From positions 6,040,137 through 6,104,136 of the forward strand of contig CM082595.2 of assembly GCA_040954595.2 (NCBI GenBank): 64,000 nt of DNA, written 5' to 3'. This stretch comes from Balanoglossus misakiensis (taxonomy: Eukaryota; Animalia; Hemichordata). The translations under genes and the position numbers were made by a program. Each line of letters opens with the position of its first letter. Positions within the stretch are counted from its first letter, which is position 1. A model generated the notes under the pieces. It saw only the letters and a list, made by a program, of their open reading frames with translations, was not told where the DNA came from and did no database searches. This document shows positions 36,901 to 50,620 of this stretch, one piece after another.

Positions 36901-38580
36901 TGTCCTGCGTAGGAACGCATACACTTATATCATTTGATGTGAATGCTATTGACAGATGTTTTAGGAATCAGTGACTGTAACAGAAGGCGATTTCCTGTCA
37001 CTTGTGTTTACTCACAATTGCATCAGGTTTGACATCTCTCAAAAGTTTACTATGAACGAGTCAACGAAGCTAACACACTGCCCAGAAATATGAAGGACTG
37101 TCCAGTTGAATCATAGATGGAACTCTTAAGAAATTTACTGTATTTGTACATGTACAGTGCCTGCCGAGGGTAATCTTTCAGACAAGAGTCGCAAATTTTC
37201 AACCTGTGTAGTTTTCATACAAAGTTATTTACACAAGTCTGTGTGTATATTATGTATGTGAGCATATATATGCATAAATGAAATATAAACCATTACACTT
37301 ACAGACTTGAAATTTGCTTTGCTAAGAAACCTAAAAGCCTCCCTTTTAATGGGACTACAGACAAACTATTCAAACTTTGTGTTATCATGTTTTTCATTAT
37401 AGCAGTTACAGGTTTTCCTGTTGTAGAGTTAGTGTGTCAGGTATCTGTTAATTTTTAACAGCCCGCTAAATCATGATTTATAATTGAAAAGTGGTCGACC
37501 AATAACATCATGCTATAATTTTTTTGTTACTCCAACAAGAAAATGATTACCTATATTTAATAAACCATGTTTTTCCTAACATCTCAGTTGTGTTTGGTTT
37601 CCTAGCCTATATTGCAATATATACTGCCTATGAACTGGGAATTGTATTTCATGTGCCCTTCACAATTCTGACGTATGGATAAGTCACACATGTAGAATAC
37701 CGGTATGTACTTATATTCTAATTGGGACTGCGATATAACCTGGCATAACAGTCCAAGAATCGTGAGTCTGGCGACAGTACCACAGCCAGTCGTCAGCCAT
37801 GAGTTATGCCACTGAGAGGTCGAAGCCTAAACGTCACAATCAATGCAGCAATATTATTTTCAGGATGCTTTTCAAACACTACGCATTTTAAAATATAGGT
37901 AATTTTAAAATGGTTGAATGGAGGCAAGAAGAATCCCCAGCCACATTTCAGGCAGTGAACATTTTCTCAGTTGTCATGATTTGGACGTGTCAATAGCTGT
38001 TTTCTTCGGCAGCTGTTCGGCCACGTACAGTGGTCACCTTCGACCTGGGGCCAAAGAGACATGTGACAATTGCAACCAATCAGGGTGCTATACATGACCA
38101 CTTGTAGCGTTTAATCAATTGTAAGTGGAACTATGCTGAGATTGAAGTACCGGTCTGTGTATAACGATGTCATATATACAAAATTAATGAAAATTGCGAG
38201 AATCACGCAAGAACTATGACGTCATTCTTCTACTCTACAGCGCCCAAAATTGCAAAATAAAAAAAAATCCATACCTACCTACCATATTTTTGAGAACCAT
38301 GTAATCGGAACACCACCCTTTTTATTTGACCTAAAGATGAACTGTGACACACTCAAGAATCTGATCGGTATTTGTAATATTGAGGGTGAAGAATTTGAAG
38401 CTGGGACAATCGTTGCCTATCCTCAGAACACTTGAAAATACCCAGTTTGGCCCAAACTGGACACTGAATGTATAGAAGTTGCTGCGCATGGTAAGTATTG
38501 CTTGAAATATTTTTGAAGGCACTAATACCATGGCGTTTCAATCCTCTAGCGCAAATCTTTCGACACATAAAAAAGATATT

Positions 38581-38662
38581 ATTTTTATTTCAGGAAAGCG
38601 AAACATACATGCATACGCTAGATTTTTATTTCAGGAAAGCGAAACATACATGCATACGCTAG
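38581..38662. repeat. Perfect 41-bp tandem duplication
   Basis: atttttatttcaggaaagcgaaacatacatgcatacgctag x2. Confidence 0.9.
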
Positions 38663-41600
38663 ATTACACAAACAACGAGAATTACAAAGGAGGCGATTAA
38701 ACATATCAGAAACGTTATCCGGTTTGTAACATCTAAGACAAGTTCATTGTACATGTCACCCACACACCGCTTAGAATTAATGTCATATCCTTGACACTTC
38801 ATGTCATTATGGACGACGAGTATAACGAAGCTGGGGCAAAAGTTCTGTAGAAATGGAAGCATGAGAATTAAGGCGATCCCAGATCGCCGTGCCTGGAAAC
38901 CACACGTGCATATGCGTTGGAACACTGCTAAATTACCCAACAAGGTGAAAATGTCAAGTGTCTTGACCACTGTGACCCCTTGCTTTTGATTCTAAGCGCT
39001 ACAAATCGATAGCAAACAAAAGCAAGACGCTGGAGTACGTCTGTTGCATTCAAATGTAAGAAAACGTACGTGACTTGGAGAAATGCCATCTAACTTTTTG
39101 ATTCTGCGGCATAATAATTCTACTCTATGTTTTAAAGTTTTTTTTTCCACTAAAATCTGTCTAGCCAATTTTTTTTCTAAGTTTTCATTAAAAATAACTT
39201 GACTTACTTAAAGATAACTTTACATGGCGATACAAGTTCAAAGTGAAAGCATACGATTGGGTTGTAACTATGGAAACAATTTCGTGTAAAATTCTCATTC
39301 AAGTTTATGTTTATCGACGGCAATGAATACTGAATGTTTAGTACGTGCACGTTTCTTGACTTGGGAACATAAATACAGCGAACATTTATTTGAGCAAATA
39401 TTGGGTCGTGCGTGTATTGTGCTTGACGGATGCATACCATAATTAAATAGGTCAGATATAATGCATATATACACTGTACAAATTTATTTTCAAAACTGAT
39501 GAGAAGGCCACAGCTTTATGCAATACTCTATTGATAACGATTTGATTAATGTCGTGATCTTCCATAAAGTTAAAACGTAAGCCACGCCCCACCGAGGCGA
39601 ATGACCCACGACCTGCTATTAAAAAATACAATCGTTGTCACAAACGCCAGAATGTGACCTGACTTGGCCCAGGCTGGAAGCTAAGTTACAGTCACTCTGG
39701 TTTACTGTAAGTATAAGTTCCATTTGAAATTTTACCAAAGGGTTTGCAAACAAATCTTGATTTCACTTTCAACGCCCACCGGATTGTGAAACATACATTA
39801 ACATGAAAGAAAATTAATTTCGCTTTCAAATACTCTTTATTTATGGTGCATTGATACTGCAACGCTGATCTGTGTTATAGTACAATGCCCATTATGTCCA
39901 ACGCCCTTTGTTTGCATTCAGGGTTCTTAAACACGGCGACATTTTTTGAGGTTGGGTGTAAGTCTGATCAGCTTTGTTTGTTGACTTTCTTAGGTTTCTT
40001 ACGTCATGTATTCGTATGATGCGTTCCGAATTTTGTTCTGTTGAATTACAAGTATAATTCATGTATAAACTATGATGTTCAAAGAGCCTAAATAAAACAT
40101 TTGAAAATAGAAAGATTCTGGTTTAAACCAAGCGTCAACATAATCAACGAACCGTAAACTATTTTCAAGCTTTTTCAAGATCTTATTATATCACAAGATA
40201 GTTGCAATCGTATTATACTTAGAAGTCTCATGAGAAAATTAAGTACAATAATTGTCTTGTAGGACAGGCAAAACAGATAAATTTAGACATAGCATACTGA
40301 ATTCTTTTTACCACACAAAACTCTTGAAAAAAATAATATGTGAAAAGACGGATTAAGATGAAAATAAAGATGGACGCCAAGTGTTAAAATTATCTAACAA
40401 TTTAGTAGAGTTTTTGAAGGAGGCTGTTCACCAAGAACCACCAAGAAGAAAACACCAAATTCTGTTTGGCCAATACATGGGCAAAATGGTGGTCAGCTCT
40501 TGGTATATGTACCACCAAACATATTGCTGGTCAAATAAATGCTTTCGATTAAAACGAATCTGGTACTGACACTGTCAATTAGGCGCTTTAATGATATATG
40601 TCCAATTCGAGTCGCGAAGAGTTCCATATTGTAATTTTAGGGAATGTGTAGTGATAAAGGCCGAGTCACCACAATAACTACAAGTCTAGTATTCCATGCG
40701 CGTGAACGACCATGTTATTCTCAATACATGTTAGCATTTTTACTGCGTCCAATTGTAACATTTTGCAAAACACCGAAAGTTGTACTTGTCAAGATGTTTT
40801 TTATACCAAGGAAGGGGCGATTTTGATGACTTCAACGAATACGGTATAAGACAGACCTCGCAACATTCAGTTTGCTGCTGTCGCCGCCTTGCTGTTGGGT
40901 TTTGTTTCCAAAGGTGGGTTCTCGGCCCAACTAGCTAAACAAATTATCTACAACTTTCATGAGTGGGGGTCTTCCATTGCAATGACATAGGCTGCAACGG
41001 ACGGCCTGGAGAGCTTAATTATGTGAAAATCGTGTAGATATATAATGTTACGTATATGATTACTTCACCATGCACTTTGCAAATGCGCACGCCTGGTCAT
41101 ATAAAGCCAAATGTTGCAATAAATGTAAGTAAATTATAATTAAAGAGAACAGGCTTGACAACTGAGATCATTGATTTCGGTCTTAAACCAATCAAAACCA
41201 ACACCGGCGGAGCAAAGTGGAATTGTAGAGAAATAAATACAATTTGAAATGTGAAAATGTTAACCTGTTTGTTAATTAAAGCTTTTACTACTGCAGTTAT
41301 TAGTTGAATTTCATAAAACTATGGAAAAACTCGCAGACATATCTCCGAAAATGTGTAATGTGTAGAACTTTTACCAAGACAATTGCCTTTGTAAATGCTG
41401 GTAATACGCGAATATTTTCATGCATTAAATGGTATTGATATATGAATTTACCTAGCAGAAAAATAAACACGGTAGATGGTGTATACATGTATATCGGATT
41501 ATAACAAAAACCGTACTAATTCAATGTCAAGAGTTTTGTGCGTTATAATATCAACAGTCTGCTGACAGATGCAAAATAATATTCCCGCCACAGTATGCGT

Positions 41601-44480
41601 TCAATCGTTGGATGCGAGAAACATCTTGATAAAAGCGAAAGTGAAAATACAGGATAAGCTATAGACACATATTGACAACAATTCCACGAAAATCCAAAGT
41701 GGTGTAATACGCCAAACACAGTGATTGGTAGATTACGTGTGTTAACAAACACTGTGGCAGCATCTGTCGTCTGGAATACTAATGAGCCATATACGGTCTA
41801 CGGTATTTGGCATTATTTCAATTCAGTTTCATATTAGGCCCTACAGTGGGCTGACTGTGCCATTTTGGAGTCTAGCCAACAACACTCTTTTCTGACTTAC
41901 CTGTATAACGTACTGACACAGGATATTACACAATACCAGATTTACGTAAGTCGAACAGTCTTGACCGATTTTGTAATTTTTAACGTGGTTTAGCCACGTC
42001 AGCTTTTTCTGTCATCGTTTACATGAAAAGAACAGAGAACACGATTGGAACTATTTCATATAATTGCATGCGAATAAACTGTGAAAAAACTCAGCATTTA
42101 CTGGTCCTCCGCACCAGATTTATATGTTTTAATTGTTTGTTAAAAAAGTAGATTTACAACTTCTCCCCTGGTACCAAATAGTTCCAATCCGGTTCCACAA
42201 TTTTTTTCCTGCAAAAACAGCTAAGCTCAGATACACTCACAAGAGTACCTGTCAATTTCTGCCTGGTCTTTATATCTGTCCCCTACCCTCTTCTCATATT
42301 ATGTCGGTTTAACTCATCTTATTGCAAGGCAATCCGTCAAATGCTCACCATGTGATCATGATCATGACTTCTTAGAAGTCAATCCTAACCTGATTTACTA
42401 CGGATTGGTTGCATTAATGAGCAGGGGTGTTGCTCAATATCAGTGACGACCTAAGTTGCCGTTGTTAGAGTCCTTTGAAAATAGCATATACATTTCAAAA
42501 ATTAGATGGCAAGGCTAGACTGTGTGTGGAGCATAGCGAAAAAAAAACATATGAGTCTGGATTCTAGACTAGGACGCGGGCCATTTACACTCTGTGTGAT
42601 GTATCCAATGCCATTCCAGCTGTGCCATAGGAACAATGTTATTTACCGCCATCAAAAGCCGGATGATGCCAAGCCCATAATGGGACGCCATTCCAATATC
42701 TATTAAGAACCGCTGATATCGCATTCTGGTCATAAATGTGTCCACAGTCCACCAGTGTTTATCATACGATGACTTTACCTACGTAATTTAACGAGCTTAA
42801 TTATATTAATTGTGCATAAGTTCACATTAGAGATAACGTCAAGCAGCGAACCTTCACACATTTACAATTTATTACAGCAGTTAATCCCTCAAAGGTCACA
42901 TATGTTAATCAAATAGACGAAAAGACGCCACCGGTACCCATGGTAAGCCGCTGTTGGTAAAATTCCGCTGAAGAATCTGCATAGATGTATATTGATGATC
43001 AATAGTTTTCACAAATCTCTTTGCAAACACGTGTAGTGAGCGAATGCCGTGACCTATATGAGGTCAGCGTAGCGGTAATGATTCACTCCGCCATGTCTGG
43101 ACTTACATCCATCATAACTGATAAGATTATTTAATATCAACTAATCTATCAGATATTCGACGCAGGCTCCCTCTTTTGTGTGCTTTCGTTTTGGCCGGCA
43201 TACCACCTGATCTGCGCGTTCTGCTGAGATCCCTAGCTGAGGTCCTGAAAGTGCGTCCCAGAATTCACCGCATCGCTCATAAATATAATTTCTGCACGGC
43301 GCAGATCGTGAACAGAGGTCATGGAGGTCTGTTATTATTGCATTCTGTTCCCTACTATCATGGCGTATTAATTTTCAATACAAGTGATGAGGCAGTGACG
43401 ACACATTCCAGAGACGATCTTTAATTGGTCGAGTAACGCTGCTTTTGTTATGCAAACAAAGGTCATGTTGGGTCACTTCATCAGGTCGCGAGATCGCATC
43501 GGCAGTAGTCCAGAGAACACTGGCGATAGAGAGAAACTTTTGTAATTTTGAGGTTCCGAAATATACACTCAAATAAATGTTTTGTTATTCAAATAGAATA
43601 GATGAGAAGGATAGTAAAATGACGTACCAAATGTAGAATAATCCCAACAGTTCGCCGATCGTAATGCTCAGCCCACGTCTAACAAACGTGGCGTTCAAGG
43701 GTTACGAGCAGAATGTAGTCCACCCGTTTTGCATAAAAGCAGTGAAAAGACCCCTCTCGTCTACAATTATTTAACGACCATGCATGTGAATAGTTTGCAT
43801 CGATCCGTATTGAAACAGACTGGAGAAAACTGATGGTACCTGTGATAAATGAATGTGGGCTTTTTTTTAATTATTGATCATAATAATGCAAGAGACTTAA
43901 AAGAGCACGAACTTTTAACCCTGACACGCTTTGAAGGAGAACTATTTTATCTCATTTTGGAATCTAACATACTCGTATTCCAAATCCGTGCAAACGTGGT
44001 ACCTGCTTTTTCAGATGCCATGATTTTGCATTTTGATTGCTAGATGTTAAAACAATACAAACGACGTTGTACACCAATATGATTCCTCCATCCATAATAC
44101 TGTATGTTCAACCAAGTTATCCTGCATTCAGACAATCAAAACAGAACTTCAGCATCATTCATAACATTAACAAAAGACCATATAATTACATGTAGATAGA
44201 GTTATGTGTTCTAGTGGCCCTGGTCAGCTGGATATTGACTGCAATATGAATTCACGATTGAATAGCGCCACTCATGGCCACATGTCTGTTTTTGCCTTTG
44301 TGCCAGAAGCCTGTTCAGAGGCAAAAACCGCACACCTCATGAATTTTGTCAGTGGGAATGCTGCCATTCTTGCAACTTATTTAAATTGAATTTGATTGCA
44401 GTTCATCGTTTCTTGTAAATAAAATAAAAATCGTCATGCTTTTGATTTTTCATTGCGTGCAGGATTACCGGAAGTGAGTC

Positions 44481-47400
44481 ATGACGGACAGCCTATCATC
44501 GCCTGACTTGTTTGATAGCAGTCAACCTGATCCCAGCCAAGAAGCACGCTGTGATCAGTCTGACACACAGGGGAATATTCACTCCAGTTTTCCAAGCACA
44601 AGTAGCCAGCAGCATGACCAGACGAGATGTACCCGCACCTCGGATGATATTACAAAGGTATGTTTAAAGTCTACATTACAATAGCGAATACATTTTACAT
44701 TAATATTGTATACCAGATTAAGTGGACAAAATGGAATGCACATATAACATAAAGGATTATTGCGCGCCAGTAAACCTTTAACCAGATGTTATATAGGAAA
44801 GAAAGTAAAGTATTTATTATAACATTATTTGGCAAATAAGTGTAAGAGCACATTAGAGCAATTGTGATGACATTCGTCGAAACACAGTTCAGTGATAAAA
44901 TTAATATTTTGCATGTTTAAAATCGATGTGATGTTGAGAAAATGCTGAAGAAAGTAAATGTAAGCCTCAGACAGAGGAGTTCACAAGATATATGTTTACG
45001 ACTTTGTCAAAATCAGTTTATGCACAGTAGCTTTTTTTTCTCGTTTATTCCGTATTTCCATGCCTAGGTATTCCAAGATCCAATCCATGGGACAATCGAG
45101 CTGAAGGAGGTTTATATGAAAATCATCGACACGCCGGAATTTCAACGGCTGCGTAACATCAAACATCTTGGAATGGTGAATTTTGTGTATGCGGGCGCTG
45201 TTCACACAAGATTTGAGCACAGCATCGGGTACAGTGTCTCCAATTAATATACATTGTACTACAATTATACCTATTCCGATGCACATTTTTAGAAACAATT
45301 TTTTTTAAATATACAAGTGTTGTGTTGCTGCTTAGAGTTGAATGTAGTAAGGAACATCATTTAGTGCCGCAGCATATCAAAGTTAACTGCCAACTCATTT
45401 TTTTTTAATTCTAGAACTTGCTACCTTGCTCTGAGAGTGATAAACCACCTCAAAGAGAGACAGAAGGAGCTTGGTATTACCGAAGAAGAGAAATTGTGCG
45501 TTGGTTTGGCTGCACTGTGTCATGATTTAGGTAGACCTTGTTTTGATGTCAACATTTTTCATACCCGTGCTTTGTTATCTGCAATCTGTTTCTAAAAGTG
45601 TGTTTGTCTGTCCGTTTGCTTGTCTGTCTGTTTATCTATTTGCTTGTTTGTTTGTTTGTTTGTTAGTCTGTCTGTCTGTCTGATTTTTTGTCTGTCTGCC
45701 TGCCTGTATGTATGTATGTATGTATGTATGTATGTATGTATGTATGTATGTATGTATGTATGTATGTATGTATGTATGTATGTATGTATGTATGTATGTA
45801 TGAATGTATGAATGTATGTCTTTCTGTCTGTCTGTTTGTTTGTTTGTTTGTTTGTTTGTTTGTCTGTTTGTTTGTTTGTCTAAACTGTGCCACCAGAACT
45901 TTCTACAGGACAGTGAACCCTTACAGAAATAAAACTACCTCGAGATTCACAAGTAATACAAAACTGGAAAGAGATTGATACATTGATTAAAGTAAACGTT
46001 ATGATTAAATGCATTATTCCACTCATGTTATATGCCTTGCTTTCTCTGTCTTATTAGGGCACGGCCCCTTTTCCCACATGTTTGAAAAAGACTTCATCCC
46101 AAAATTGGAACCAGATGGATACAAGAAGTGGTCAGTAAGTATGAAAAGTAATCTGAAATATTATCGGTGTACTAATTTTGCCCCAAACTCCTGGAAGTGT
46201 GTTGGTGTATGAGCGTCATCACTGTTGCTAGCCATATCTGTGTTTAAATTCTTCTCTAATGCCCGACCTATAGTTGCAATGGTGGTTATGTTTGCCAAAA
46301 CGACTGAAATTGTATTAGTGGTTAAGGTTGGGGGAACAGGGTTGCTAGGCATATTTGCATATATTTGATCGATTTATTCGCCTGAACTATCGTCACCACG
46401 TCAATTTAGATGAAAACGTCTAACATTATCACTGCATTCCTTATTTTCCAACAGTATAAGCTTGGGTCAATCAAGATCTTTGACGAAATGGTGGAGAACT
46501 ATAATCTAAAGAAAGTGTTCGCTGACTACGGCTACAAGTTGAACGATACACACTACCATTTGATAAAAGAAATGATATATGGACCGCTTGAAATGAATGG
46601 TAATGGACAATATCGGGAGGTAAAAAAGAAAGAAAATTTTATAGGTCGTATGTCAAACAACGGTTAAAGAAATCTCTTATTACCTGATTATGCAACCCAG
46701 TACATGCAGTATTCATATCTGACACAAATACACTATTCTGTGTTGACGCATACCATTCTAACGATATGTATTTTACACGGTAGTAAGTTGTCAATTGCAG
46801 ATTGTGTTTCAGACTCACACGTGTGGGAAGCCAAACCACAGTCCTTTGAAAGTATATAACGCAGGCGGTAAACAGTAATTACCCTGGAACATTCAAGTCT
46901 CAAAACTTTAAAAGGGGGAAGTTTTTTGTTATTAATGCCAGTCGAGGATCTGTAAATCTCTGTTCATTGCCATTGAGTTTTGCATGTTCTTTGTCAACAG
47001 GTTGAAGACTACGAAGCCGTGTATCCCAATCGGTATTTTCTCTACGAGGTGAGTTGCAATAGGCCTAGGTGTTTGTGTACACAAGCGTACTCAGAACACT
47101 TTATAGATGCATTGAAATAGGGGAAAACTACAAAGCATTAATTTTTGTGGTGATTTACTTATAGATAGTTTATAATAGGACCTATCAGATTGACGTCGAC
47201 AAATGGGACTGCTTCTCCAGAGACAGCTACCATCTTGGAGTCACCAGCAACTTCACTCATAACCGATTCATCAAATTTGCAAAAGTAATGACGGTGAAGA
47301 AAGATAGGAAATGGAGATCCCAGATTTGTTACAGAGACAAGGTTCGCCGGCGCACTTTATAACGATTTATTGTTATGGGTTGAAGTTGTTCTATCATGAT

Positions 47401-48257
47401 GTGTAACAATTTGAAGATGCTGAGGTTTTTACTATACCACTGTTATATTAGTTGTCATACATGCATGGTGTTTCATACAAAGTGATATTTCACATTCACG
47501 AGATTTATACGCATTAAGCCCTTTTTAAAGTGTTCACATTTTTAGAGGTAAATTACTTGCCCACTAAACGGCCAGCTCTCTACATTATAACTACTGTCAA
47601 AATAATCTTTCAGCGTATTTTCATAAAATATCTTTACCGGTATGTACAATATGCTAGAATTCCCGTGTGAATAAATTAACATATTGGGTTTCCTGTGCAT
47701 ATTATGCAGCAAATATTTACACCCCACTAAAAGAAAAGAAAAGCTAGTTATAGATGAGGTTAATCACAATGCAGTACTCCAAATGTTAACAGGCAGCAGT
47801 TAATACAGAGACAATTATTTATTTTGGTTCCAATATATTTTCATCGTAGTAATTTGTAAGGTAAAGTGTGTGCTATTAAAGTTAACAATGCTGATGGTAT
47901 CGACGTGATAAAAATCGGGTTGAGTTTTACTCTCCCCTTGACAGGAAGCCCCAAGTGCCTACGAGATGTTCCATACGAGATACCGACTGTATCGAATGGC
48001 GCAGTACCACCCGGTGACAGTGGCATTGGATCTAATGTAAGCACCGACGGATAAGCAATCTTATTTTAGGATAAAACTTGTTACAATATACCAAATGATG
48101 CGACGTCTGTGAATACTTCTATACACCATGTCCACATGGATCTATTTTGAGTGTTCAAATGAATACTGTTCTTGCATACATACATACATACATACATACA
48201 TACATACATACATACATACATACATACATACATACATACATACATACATACATACAT

Positions 48258-48297
<40 letters not shown>

Positions 48298-48441
48298 ACA
48301 TACATACATACATACATACATACATACATACATACATACATACATACATACATACATACATACATACATACATACATACATACATACATACATACATACA
48401 TACATACATACATACATACTTACATACATCATACATACATA

Positions 48442-48495
<54 letters not shown>

Positions 48496-49354
48496 TACAT
48501 ACATACATACATACATACATACATACATACATACATACATACATACATACATACATACATACATACATACATACATACATACATACATACATACATACAT
48601 ACATACATACATACATACATACATACATACATTCAAATGTGCCAATGTATCAATTTATTTTGTATACTCTAAGGATTACGGATGCCCTGATGGCAGCAGC
48701 GGACCATCTCCCTCTGATGAAGCCTGATGGGTAAATATCTGTGTTAAGAAATATATTGCATTTTTGAAAAAAAGAATTGGATAAAAATTGCCCATGGGCT
48801 CTCCCTACCCTAACACTGAATCCGATGAACGCAACAAAGGCCAAACTGGCATATAACCGGAGTGGGCAGTAACAACATATGCACATGAAACTAAGCTGTG
48901 ACGAGTAATACTTGACCACGTGCTTGACGTTTTGTCACTTGTATGGTACAGTTAGTATGACAATGAGGATTAAGTGTTACTGTAAACTGCCTTAGCTACA
49001 TGCATACCAGTATTTGGTTGGTAATATGCTGTGGATGATTATTTCTGTTGCAGACAAGAATTTAAAATGAAAGATATGTTGAAAGACATGGCAGCTTATA
49101 GAGTGTTGGATGACAACATTTTGAACACCATCCTTCACTCGTATGGTGATGACAAATTGGAATCTGCCCGGGAAATACTCCATCGAATGCAACGACGAGA
49201 AATATACAAACTGGTCGCAAGGTTTCAATTGCAAAAGGGTGTGATCATCAAAGATAAGGTAAGGTTGTCTCTGATATATATAAATCTCAGTTGTCTGATG
49301 TTCGGAACAGCGTGAAATTCGTACACACAACTAACCCCCCCTTCCGTTCACCTC

Positions 49355-49413
<59 letters not shown>

Positions 49414-50620
49414 CCTGTGATATATATATTTAGTGCAGGCTACAAATCTTATGTTGCAGTTACTATTTTACATTTAATAATATGTACAATAAACTACACT
49501 ATACTGATACACACAGGACATAAAGTTGGAAGATATTGTCAGTACTCCAGAAAACTCTGGGGAGGTACAGCTACTGACCAGCGACCTTTGTTTCAAGGTA
49601 AGTAATAATATCCTCCTCCTTATGTTGAAAAAGATGACCCGATATCACTGTTTTGAACCATCGCTATCCATCCAGAACATTGTTCTGCCAAGTTGAACCT
49701 AACACTTCGAAGAAATAGTAATTTCGAATGACAATTTGAAACCGATCCCTAAACATACGCGCCACTATTTTGACTTATACGTGGTTCTGTAGTTTATATG
49801 TTTCAGAAACCAGGCAGAAGATGGCAATCATTGTAGCAAATGCAACGAGACTGCAACAAACTTCGCCATAAATAGTCTCCTTACGTATGTTTCTTATAAC
49901 GACCAAGAGTATTTGCAACCATGAGATAATACAATAACCATCTTCATGCAAATATTCTGATTTACAAAGGTAGTGGTACTGGATTATGGATTGAAGGAGC
50001 AAAACCCAGTTGATCAGGTGTTGTTTTACGGCAAAGGGGATCAAACGCCCAGGAAAATAGCGAAGGACCAGGTACAATGTTCTTTATTAACGTATAAGTA
50101 CTTCCGACCATAACATGATTAAAGCTGCCATTTTAGAAAATTGTTAACGAAAAAATATATTAATGGACGAATGATGAAGTTAAATAATGCATTATTTTAC
50201 TCATTTGCAAATATGCTCATAAAAATAACTTAATTAGTGAAATTGTATTGTTTTTTTTTCTGTATCAATCATTAATATCTTGTAGGTATCGTTTCTACTC
50301 CCCCATACCTTTGAGGAACGACATTTGCTAATGTATGTGAAGGATTACTCCAAAAAGGACCTCGCAGCAAAGTGTACCCAAGCGTGGGCCGGCAAACAAG
50401 AGTGGATAATAAAAAAGGTGAGTGTCACGGTACACATATTAATATTTGTCTATTTTAACAATCGTTTAGAAGAAAAAAGTACTCGTATTACTGTTACTCA
50501 TCACATCTCGTGTGTCATATCTCAATTTTCCAGGATGTTGGACTGTTAAGAACGCCATCCGATGCAGATTCCACTGTGAAGGACAAGAAACGCAAATCCT
50601 TCGAGGGAAAAGACCAATAG
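44481..50620 (+). CDS. SAMHD1: SAMHD1-like HD-domain protein without a SAM domain, 558 aa. Exons 44481-44657, 45068-45228, 45415-45530, 46058-46134, 46455-46619, 47001-47048, 47165-47341, 47945-48036, 48674-48730, 49054-49258, 49517-49597, 49970-50071, 50286-50417, 50534-50620
   Basis: 1677 nt in frame with no internal stop. [53 protein letters not shown]. Probably a divergent paralog rather than the strict ortholog. Confidence 0.9.
45600..45880. repeat. Compound (TTTG/TCTG/TATG)n microsatellite
   Basis: Direct inspection. Confidence 0.95.
48174..48632. repeat. ~460-bp compound (CATA)n/(CA)n microsatellite
   Basis: Direct inspection; explains the HTYI/MYVC pseudo-ORFs. Confidence 0.97.
49354..49413. 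repeat. (CAA)20 intronic microsatellite
   Basis: Direct inspection. Confidence 0.95.

Noticed and set aside
43138-43520. In-frame TGA on minus as selenocysteine
   Set aside because: No selenoprotein motif or recognisable SECIS; coding status itself unsupported
48081-48734. Long ORFs of HTYI/MYVC repeats (also 27718-28043 and 45620-45978)
   Set aside because: Translations of (CATA)n microsatellites in introns or intergenic DNA
49291-49605. Poly-Q ORF
   Set aside because: The (CAA)20 tract is intronic; the SAMHD1-like model closes in frame without it
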